Assembly: GCA_030390025.1 (NCBI GenBank)
Contig: CM059432.1
Coordinates: 83,268,001 to 83,332,000 of the forward strand
Direction: 5' to 3'
DNA: 64,000 bases
From: Squalus acanthias
Taxonomy: Eukaryota
The translations under genes and the position numbers were made by a program. The notes below the pieces were generated by a model. That model saw only the letters and a program-made list of their open reading frames with translations, was not told where the DNA came from and did no database searches. Below, one piece after another: positions 13,457 to 22,719 of this stretch; positions within the stretch are counted from its first letter, which is position 1; each line of letters starts with the position of its first letter.

Positions 13457-14144
13457 TTATCTAAGGAAGGATATACGTGCCTTGGAGAAAGTGCAATGAA
13501 GGTTCACTAGACTGGTTCCTGGGATGGGGGGGGGGGTGTCCTTTGAGGAGAGATTGAGGAGACTAGGCCTATATTCCCTAGAATTTAGAATGAGAGGTGA
13601 GCATATCAAAATATAAAATTCTTACAGGGCTTGACAGGTTAGATTCTGGGAGGATGTTTCCCCTGGCTGGGGAGTCTAGAACCAGGGGTCTCAGTCTCAG
13701 AATAAGGGGTCAGCCATTTAGGACTGAGATGAGGAGAAATTTCTTCACTCAAAGGGTTGTGAATCTTTGGAATTCTCTACTCCAGAGGGCTGTGGAGGCT
13801 CAGTCGTTGAGTATATTCAAGACAGAGATCGATAGATTTTTGGATATTAAGGGAATCAAGGGATATGGGGATAGTGCAGGAAGGTGGAGTTGAGGTGAGG
13901 TAGATCAGTCGTGATCTTATTGAATGGGGGAGCAGGCTTGAAGGGCCGAATGGCCTACTCCTGCTCCCATTTCGTATGTTCTTATTAGAGGATGAGGCTG
14001 TTATTTCTCCAGATGGTTGTCGGATGGTCAGAACAGTGGGACGGTGTAGCCGTGCATGTCATAGATAGAGTCATAGAGTCATAGAGCACGGATAGAGGCC
14101 CTTCGGCCCATCGTGTCCGCGCCGGCCATCAAGCCCTGTCTAAT

Positions 14145-17071
14145 CTAATCCCATATTCCAGCATTTGGTCCGTAGCCTTGTATACTATGGCATTTCAAGT
14201 GCTCATCCAAATGCTTCTTGAATGTTGTGAGGGTTCCTGCCTCCACAACCCTTTCAGGCAGTGAGTTCCAGACTCCAACCACCCTCTGAGTGAAAAAGTT
14301 CTTTCTCAAATCCCTTCTAAACCTCCCGCCCTTTACCTTGAATCTATGCCCCCTTGTTATAGACCCCTCTACTAAGGGAAAAAGCTCCTTAGTATCCATC
14401 CTATCTATGCCCCTCATAATTTTGTACACCTCAATCATGTCCCCCCTCAGCCTCCTCTGCTCCAAGGAAAACAAACCCAATCTGCCCAGTCTCTCTTCAT
14501 AGCTGAAGCACTCCAGCCCGGGTAACATTCTGGTGAATCTCCTCTGCACCCTCTCCAAAGCTATCACATCCTTCCTGTAGTGTGGCGACCAGAACTGCAC
14601 ACAGTATTCCAGATGTGGCCTAACCAGTGTTTTATACAGGTCCATCATAACCTCCTTGCTCTTATATTCTATGCCTCGGCTAATGAATGCAAGTATCCCA
14701 TATGCCTTTTTTACCACCTTATCCACCTGTTCCGCCGCCTTCAGGGATCTGTGTACTTGCACACCAAGATCCCTCTGACTCTCCGTCTTGCCTAGGGTCT
14801 TACCATTCATTGTGTATTCCCTTGCCTTGTTAGTCCCTCCAAAGTGCATCACCTCGCACTTTTCCGGATTAAATTCCATTTGCCACTGTTCCGCCCATCT
14901 GACCAACCCATCTATATCGTCCTGCAGACTGAGGCTACCCTCCTCGCTATTTACCACTCTACCAATTTTTGTATCATCCGCGAACTTACTGATCATACCT
15001 TTTACATTCATATCCAAGTCGTTAATGTAGACCACAAACAGCAAGGGACCCAGCACCGATCCCTGTGGTACCCCACTGGCCACAGGCTTCCAGTCACAAA
15101 AACAACCTTCGACCATCACCCTCTGCCTTCTGCCACTAAGCCAGCTTTGTATCCAATGTGCCAAGGCACCCTGGATTCCATGGGCTCTTACCTTCTTGAC
15201 CAGTCTCCTGTGCAGGACTTTATCGAAGGCCTTACTGAAATCCATGTATACTACATCCACTGCGTTACCCTCATCCACACACCTAGTCACCCCCTCAAAA
15301 AATTCAATCAAATTAGTCAGACATGATCTTCCCTTGACAAAGCCATGTTGGCTAACCCTGATTAATCCTTGCCTCTCCAAGTGGAGACTAATTTTGTCCC
15401 TCAGAATTTTTCCAATAATTTTCCTACCACTGATGTTAGGCTCACTGGCCTGTAGTTCCCCGGTTTTTCCCTACTCCCTTTCTTGAACAATGGTACTACA
15501 TTAGCGGTTCTCCAGTCCTCTGGCACATCCCCTGTGGCCAGAGAGGTTCTGAATATATGTGTTAGAGCCCCCGCAATCTCCTCCTTTGCCTCACACAGCA
15601 GCCTGGGATACATTTCGTCCGGACCTGGGGATTTATCCATTTTTAGACCTGCTAAAACCGCCAATACCTCCTCCCTCTCGATGTTAAAATGTTCGAGTAT
15701 ATCACAGTCCCCCTGCCCTAATTTTATGTCTGCATCATCCTTCTCCATAGTGAAAACAGATGCAAAGAATTCATTTAGAACCCCACCTACATCTTCCAGC
15801 TCCACACACAGATTGCCACTTTTGTCCCTAATGGGCTCTATTTTTTCCCTAGTTATCCTCTTACCCTTAATATACTTATAAAACATCTTAGGATTTTCCT
15901 TTATTTTGCTCGCCAGTGTTATTTCATGGCCCCTCTTTGATCTCCTAATTTCTTTTTTAAGTATCCCCCTGCACTTTTTGTACTCCTCTAGGGCTTCCTC
16001 CGTCTTTAGCATTTTGTATCTGCCAAAAGCCCTCCTTTTTTTCCTGATCCATTCTCGTATATCCCCTGACATCCAAGGTTCCCTGGGGTTTTTGGAACCA
16101 CCCTTGACCTTTATGGGAACATGCTGCCATTGTATGATCTCAATCTCCCTTCTGAAAGAATCCCATTGCTCCGATGCGGATTTTCCTACAAGCAGCTGAT
16201 CCCAGTCCATTTTGGCCAGATCCTGCCTTATCATATTAAAATCGGCCTTCCCCCAATTTAGAACCTTTATTTCCGGCCCATCCCTGTCCTTTTCCATGAC
16301 CACCTTAAATCTCACCGTATTATGGTCACTGTCACCAAAGTGCTCACCTACTAGCACTTCTTCCACTTGGCCGGCCACATTCCCTAGAATTAGGTCCAGT
16401 ACCGCCCCCTCCCTTGTAGGACTTTCTACATGCTGGCTCAAAAAGCTCTCCTGGATGCACTTTAAGAATTTTGAACCCTCTAAGCCCTTCACACTCTGAC
16501 TATCCCAATTAATATTGGGGAAGTTGAAATCCCCCATTATTATTACCCTATTATTTGCACACTTCTCTGAGATTTGCCTACATATCTGTTCCTCTAACTC
16601 CCCCTGACTGTTTGGGGGCCTATAGTACGCTACCAGCAAAGTGCTTGCCCCCTTTTTGTTTTTAAGCTCCACCCATATAGCCTCATTGGAGGAACCTGCT
16701 AATATATCATCCCTCCTTATGGCAGTAATTGATTCCTTAATTAATATTGCTACACCCCCTCCTCTTATACCTCCCCCTCTGTCTCGCCTGAAGATTCTGT
16801 ACCCCGGAATATTGAGCTGCCAGTCTTGCCCCTCCCTCAACCATGTCTCTGTGATAGCAACAATATCATACTCCCATGTGTTTATCAACACCTTCAGTTC
16901 ATCCACCTTATTCGCTAGACTCCTTGCATTAAAATAGATACCTTCCAGCCTTGTTCTTACATGTTTGCCCTGTCTTCCAAGCTGACTTGTTTTTTTCTCT
17001 ATATTTGACTGTACATCACCCCCTATTGTAGCTCCACTCTGTATCCCATCCCCCTGCCAAGTTAGTTTAAA
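14145..17071 (-). pseudogene. CR1 ORF2 (APE endonuclease + reverse transcriptase) with one frameshift
   Basis: Frame is open from 17071 through IYFNARS, AITETWL, MGDFN and YRPVSLTS. An A5 run at ~15407-15411 (A6 in copy 2) shifts the frame. The RT part has [15 protein letters not shown] and FADD. Confidence 0.9.
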
Positions 17072-18012
17072 CCCCCCCCAACAGTGCTAGCAAACCTCCC
17101 CGCAAGGATATTTGTCCCGCTCTGGTTCAGGTGCAAACCGTCCGACTTGTACAAGTCCCACCTTCCCCAGAAGCAGGCCCAGTGATCCAGGAAACTAAAA
17201 CCCTCCCTCCTGCACCAACTCTTTAGCCACGCATTCATCTGTTCTATCCTCCTATTCCTATACTCACTAGCACGTGGCACTGGGAGTAATCCAGAGATTA
17301 CAACCTTTGAGGTCCTGCTCTTTAATCTGCTGCCTAGCTCCCTAAATTCTTGATGCAGGACCTCATCCCCCTTCCTACCTATGTCGTTGGTCCCAATGTG
17401 AACCACGACCTCTGCCTGCTCACCCTCCCCCTTAAGAATGCCCTGTAGCCGCTCAGTGACATCCATGACCCTGGCCCCAGGGAGGCAACAAACCATCCTG
17501 GAGTCACGTTTACTGCCACAGAAACGCCTATCTGTTCCCCTTACGATAGAATCCCCTACCACTATTGCTCTCCCACTCTTTTTCCTCCCTTTCTGAGCAG
17601 CAGAAGCACCCCTGGTGCCAGGAAGTTGGCTGCTGCCGCTCTCCCCTGGTGAGTCATCCCCCTCAACAGTATCCAAATCGGTATACCTGTTTGTAAGGGG
17701 GATGACCGCAGGGGTCCCCTGTACTTCCTGCCTGCCTCTGCTGCTCCGCCTGATGGTCACCCATTTCCCTTCTGCCTGTGCAGCCCTACCCTGCGGCGTG
17801 ACCAACTCGCTAAACATGTCATCCACGACCCTCTCAGCATCGCGTATGCTCCAAAACTCATCCACCCGCAGCTCGAGCGCCGCAATGCGGTCTACAAGTA
17901 GCTGCAGCTGGATGCATTTCTCGCACACATGGGCCCCAGGGACACTGGCAGCGTCCCTGAATTCCCACATGGAGCAAGAGGAGCATAACACGGGGCTGAT
18001 CTCACCTGCCAT
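17062..18012 (-). CDS. CR1 ORF1p (316 aa): Cys/His-rich N-terminus, coiled coil, SGNH esterase-like domain
   Basis: CSSC...HVCEKC, LQLLVDRIAALELRV, IVVGDSIVR, HIGTND, DGLHLN. Confidence 0.9.
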   Translation of the reverse strand: MAGEISPVLCSSCSMWEFRDAASVPGAHVCEKCIQLQLLVDRIAALELRVDEFWSIRDAERVVDDMFSELVTPQGRAAQAEGKWVTIRRSSRGRQEVQGTPAVIPLTNRYTDLDTVEGDDSPGESGSSQLPGTRGASAAQKGRKKSGRAIVVGDSIVRGTDRRFCGSKRDSRMVCCLPGARVMDVTERLQGILKGEGEQAEVVVHIGTNDIGRKGDEVLHQEFRELGSRLKSRTSKVVISGLLPVPRASEYRNRRIEQMNAWLKSWCRREGFSFLDHWACFWGRWDLYKSDGLHLNQSGTNILAGRFASTVGGGLN

Positions 18013-19159
18013 GACCTACTGCTTTAATTAAATTAAAAATGTATTCAATACCCCAGTTACAGATATACTCATTGCGAGCAGCAGTGCTGGCAGCATTGTT
18101 CTAGGAGATTTTAATTACCCACTCATTGACTGGGACAGGGAAGGAGTAAATGTAGAAAAGGGAATGGAATTCCTAAAATTCCAGAAGGATATGCAGATAG
18201 GGTTACATGAAGTAGGGTGGGAGGAGGCGCATGTGGAGTATAAACACCAGCATTGGGCCGAATGTCCTGTTTCTGTGCTGTAATTTCTATGTAATGTAAT
18301 TCTATGTAAAATGTGTGGACTCGTTCCTCAAGCAGTATGTTGATATGCCTACAAGGGAGAGTGATGCTAGATTAAGTTATAAGTAACAAAATAGATGAGG
18401 TAAATGAGGTAAATATGGGTGAACATCTCGGGAGTAATGACCATAATATGATATGGTTTAAGGTCCAAATAGAAAGGGAAAAAGGAAGTACAAAAACAAG
18501 GGCAGCAGATTGGAATAGGGCAGATTTTAGAAAAGTGAGAAGTGAGCTAGCTGAGGTGAGGTAGAAAGAGAAATTGGCACACGGGACTGTAGATCAACAA
18601 TGGGATATTTTTAAAAGGAGATTGCAAAAGTGCAGAATAAATATATGTATTAAAAAAGGAGACTACTTCAACTTTCAAGATGATGTGGATAAATAAAGAG
18701 ATTAGAATCAAACTAAAATTGAAGAGGTTATATAGAGCCTATGGGTAAGATATAAATTATAAAATAAAGACTGACAAAATAAGGAAAGAGATTAAGAGAC
18801 AGATAAGGAAAGCAAGGAGAGAGTATTAGGAGCGAATCTCAAAATATTAAAAAGGTATTCTACAAATATCAGTAAAAAGAAAATTGTTAAGTGTGAGGTG
18901 GGACCTCTGAGAGGAGAGGATAGCGAGTTAGTAGAGGATAAATGGAAACTGGCAGGGATACTTAACAAGTACTTTGCTTCGGTGTTTACAAAATAGGATA
19001 TTGGAGAGGAGGTGAATCTTGAATTGGTTAAAAGCAGATGAGAGTTATTATAATAAATAAAAGGAAAGTATTAGAGAAGTTAGTTAAGCAAAAGGAAGAA
19101 AAAGTGCCAGGACTTTATAGGATACTGCCAAGGATTCTGAGGGAAATGAGGGGAGATAA

Positions 19160-19445
19160 ATGACCAGTTAATCTGTTTTGGTGGTGTAGGGTGAGGAATA
19201 ATAGTTGGCCAGCACACCACGAGAACTCTCCAGCATTTCTTTTGAATAACGCCATGGGATCTTTTACATCCACCTGAACAGGCAGATCAGGTTTCAGTTT
19301 GCCACCTCATCGGAAAGACAGCACCTCTGACAGTGCAGTATTCCTTCAATGCTGAAGTGCCCAGATTATGTGCTCAAGTTTCTGGAGTGGGTCTTGAATC
19401 ACAACCGTCTGACTCGGAGTGCTACCACTGAGCCAAGGCTAACTC
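19160..19445 (-). mobile_element. tRNA-derived DeuSINE-like element
   Basis: Minus-strand head agccttggctcagtggtagcactc (A box). Central domain shared with the copies at 46200-46628 and 59068-60176. Confidence 0.7.
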
Positions 19446-19476
19446 AAAAGAAGAATTTACCCGAAAGAAGCTTAAA

Positions 19477-19550
19477 GGCTCATAAGGTGGTTGAACCCAC
19501 AACTGTACGCATTATTAACTTCAAACACTAACCGACTGAGTTAACAAACC
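19477..19550 (-). pseudogene. Degenerate tRNA-Ile(AAT)-like sequence (pseudogene or SINE head)
   Basis: Minus ggtttgttaactcagtcggttagtgtttgaagttAATaatgcgtacagttgtgggttcaaccacc keeps D-loop, anticodon-loop and T-loop patterns, but the stems are broken. Confidence 0.55.
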
Positions 19551-19938
19551 CACCGTAACCAACAGGGAAATAGAGAGATTAGTGGAGGCCCAAGAAATTA
19601 TATTTTGGATTTCTATTGAAAGTGGATGTGTGCTGGAGGACTGGAGAGTGCAGATCGGAACAGAGTGTTAAACTGCGAGTTTGGTGAATGAGGGAGTTCG
19701 GGGAGGGAGGTGTTCCTTTCTTTTTCCATCTTTGTCAGCTTCCAGGAGAGCAGGAGCTAAAAAGCTGCACAAGAGGGGACAGAGAACCAGCGGTGAGTAT
19801 TTCTACAGTATTTCTACATTCCAGTTATTAAAGTAAAAGTAAGGTCTCTAGTTTAGAGTAAGTAGTGTTTAAAGGGAAGTAAGGTCCCGAGAGTATTTAA
19901 TATTCTTTAATTTAAAGGGAGTAAATTAAGGGTAGGAC

Positions 19939-20871
19939 ATGGCAGGGCAGCTCAGCAGCGTGGAGTGCTCCTCCTGTGCTATGTTGGAAGTCAGGGACAC
20001 TTTCGGTGTCCAGGGCGAACACACGTGCAGGAAGTGTCTCCAGCTGCAGCTACTCGAAATCCGCGTTTCAGAGCTGGAGCTGCGGCTGGAGTCACTGTGG
20101 AGCATCCGCAAAGCTGAGATCTTCATGGATAGCACGTTTAACAAGGTGGTCACACAGGCAGACAGGGAATGGCTGACCGCCAGACAGAGTAAAAGAACTA
20201 GGAAGGTAGTGCAGGAGTCCCCTGGGTCCATCTCCCTCTCCGACAGATTTTCCGTTTTGGATACTGATGGGGGAGATGGTTTCTCAGGGGAATGCAGCAA
20301 GAGCCAAGTCCGTGGCACTATGATTGGCTCAGCTGCACAGGAGGGGAGGAAAAAGAGTGGGAGAGCAATAGTGATAGGGGATTCTATCGTAAGGGGAACA
20401 GATAGACGTTTCTGTGGCCGCAGACGTGACTCCAGGATGGTATGTTGCCTCCCTGGTGCCAGGGTCAAGGATGTCACTGAACGGCTGCAGGGCATTCTGA
20501 AGGGGGAGGGCGAACAGTCAGAGGTCGTGGTTCACATTGGTACCAACGACATGGGTAGAAAGAGGGATGAGGTCCTGCAACAAGAATTTAGGGAGCTAGG
20601 TAGCAGATTAAAAAGCAGGACCTCAAAGGTTGTAATCTCTGGATTACTCCCGGTGCCACGTGCTAGTGAGTATAGGAATAGGAGGATAGAGCAGATGAAT
20701 GCGTGGCTAAAGAGTTGGTGCAGGAGGGAGGGCTTTAGTTTCCTGGATCACTGGGTCTGCTTCTGGGGAAGGTGGGACCTGTACAAGTCGGACGGGTTGC
20801 ACCTGAACCGGAACGGGACCAACATCCTTGCGGGGAGGTTTGCTAGTACTGTTGGGGGGGGTTTAAACTAA
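19939..20871 (+). CDS. CR1 ORF1p (310 aa), SGNH esterase-type
   Basis: Intact ORF. C-terminal half nearly identical to 17062-18012 (GDSIVRGTDRRFC, HIGTND, DGLHLN, ...VGGGLN*). Confidence 0.9.
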   Translation: MAGQLSSVECSSCAMLEVRDTFGVQGEHTCRKCLQLQLLEIRVSELELRLESLWSIRKAEIFMDSTFNKVVTQADREWLTARQSKRTRKVVQESPGSISLSDRFSVLDTDGGDGFSGECSKSQVRGTMIGSAAQEGRKKSGRAIVIGDSIVRGTDRRFCGRRRDSRMVCCLPGARVKDVTERLQGILKGEGEQSEVVVHIGTNDMGRKRDEVLQQEFRELGSRLKSRTSKVVISGLLPVPRASEYRNRRIEQMNAWLKSWCRREGFSFLDHWVCFWGRWDLYKSDGLHLNRNGTNILAGRFASTVGGGLN

Positions 20872-22420
20872 CTTGGCAGGGGGATGGGATATGGAGTGGA
20901 GCTATAGTAGGGGGTGATGCACAGCCAAATATAGAGGAAAAAACAAGTCAGCCTGAAGGCAGAGCAAATATGTAATGGCACAAGGGAGTATGGCAAGGCT
21001 GGATGACATTTATTTTAATGCAAGGAGTCTTGCGAGTAAGGCAGATGAATTGAAGGTGTTGATGAACACATGGGAGTATGATATTGTTGCTATCACAGAG
21101 ACATGGTTGAGGGAGGGGCAGGACTGGCAGCTCAATATTCCGGGGTATAGAATCTTCAGGCGAGACAGAGGGGGGTGTAAAAGAGGAGGGGGTGTCGCAA
21201 TATTAATCAAGGAGTCAATTACTGCTGTAAGGAGGGATGATATCTTAGCAGGTTCCTCTAATGAGGCCATATGGGTAGAACTTAAAAACAAAAAGGGGGC
21301 AAGCACTTTGCTGGGAGTGTACTATAGGCCCCCAAACAGTCAGGGGGAGATAGAGGAACAGATATGTAGGCAAATCTCAGAGAAGTGTAGAAAAAATAGG
21401 GTAATAATAGTAGGGGATTTCAACTTCCCCAATATTAACTGGGATAGTCAGAGTGTGAAAGGCTTAGAGGGTACGGAATTCTTAATGTGCCTCCAGGAGA
21501 GCTTTTTGAGCCAGCATGTAGAAAGTCCTACAAGGGAGGGGGCTGTACTGGACCTAATTCTAGGGAATGTAGCTGGGCAAGTGGTAGAAGTGTTAGTAGG
21601 AGAGCATTTTGGTGACAGTGACCATAATTCGGTGAGATTTAAGGTAGTCATGGAAAAGGACAAAGATGGACCGGAAATAAAGGTTCTAAATTGGGGGAAG
21701 GCCGATTTTAATATGATAAGGCAGGATCTGGCCAAAGTGGACTGGGATCAGCTACTTGTAGGAAAATCCACATCAGAGCAGTGGGAGTCTTTCAGAAAGG
21801 AAATAGAGAGAGTACAACGGCAACATATTCCCGTAAAGGTCAAGGGTGGGACCAACAAGCCCAGGGAACCCTGGATGTCAAGGGATATACGAGAATGGAT
21901 TAGGAAAAAAAGGGAGGCTTTTGGCAGATACAAAGGACTAAAAACAGTGGAAGCCCTAGAGGAGTATAGAAAGTGCAGGGGGGTACTTAAAAAAGAAATT
22001 AGGAGAGTGAAGAGGGGGCATGAAATAACACTGGCGGGCAAAATAAAGGAAAATCCAAGGTGTTTTATAAGTATATTAAGGGCAAGAGGATAACCAGGGA
22101 AAGAGTAGGGCCCATTAGGGACCATAGTGGCAATCTGTGTGTAGAGCCAGAAGATGTAGGTGGGGTTTTAAATGAATATTTTGCATCTGTGTTCACTATG
22201 GAGAAGGACGATGTAGGCATCGAAATCAGACAAGGGGATTGTGATATACTTGAACAAATTAGTATTGAGAGGGAGGAGGTACTAGCGGTTTTAGCGGGCT
22301 TAAAAGTGGATAAATCCCCAGGCCCAGACGAGATGTATCCCAGGCTGCTGTGTGAGGCAAGGGAGGAGATTGCAGGAGCTCTGACACAAATTTTCAGAAC
22401 ATCTCTGGCCACAGGGGAGG

Positions 22421-22719
22421 TCAAAATTGAGAGGTCGCACAACACCAGGTTATAGTCCAACAGTTTTATTTGAAATCACAAGCTTTCGGAGCTATCGATT
22501 GCTCCTTCCTCAGGTGAAGTAAATTAGATACAGAATCGCCAAAGCATATATAGATAGAGAACAAAGCATGTGTACCTTACAATTGCAGACCACTAAATTA
22601 AATCATCCTGACTATCTGCCGAGGTGTGATAAAGTTAATTAAGTCAGCCAGGAAGGTACCACATCAAAGACATAGCAAGATACAACTGAGACAATGAGGT
22701 GTAGTCGCAGGGGTTCTAA
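22421..22719 (-). mobile_element. Penelope terminal fragment inserted in CR1 ORF2
   Basis: Contains the gcacaacaccaggttatagtccaacagttttatttgaaatcacaagctttcggagc motif, as at 13300-13356. Interrupts GEV|(PE)DWR with a small target deletion and no TSD. Confidence 0.8.
22476..22517 (-). ncRNA. Minimal type I hammerhead ribozyme motif (PLE-associated)
   Basis: UCAC-CUGAGGA-A-GGAGC(aaucgaua)GCUCC-GAA-AGCU-U-GUGA. Confidence 0.72.

Larger units (their letters stand above)
8855..13985 (+). mobile_element. CR1 LINE (EN C-terminus to 3' tail) interrupted by three younger insertions
   Basis: CR1 coding sequence resumes across each insert: SSDHN|MIEF at 8970/9735, LNK|YF at 10288/12036, SPYLRK|DI at 13248/13457. 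3' tail near 13975. Confidence 0.88.
14061..18070 (-). mobile_element. Near full-length, young CR1 LINE (copy 1)
   Basis: Intact ORF1. ORF2 is broken only once, at ~15405. (ctctatga)n tail at 14061-14087. Confidence 0.95.

Noticed and set aside
19477..19550. Functional tRNA-Ile gene
   Set aside because: Acceptor and anticodon stems are disrupted; kept only as a pseudogene or SINE head.
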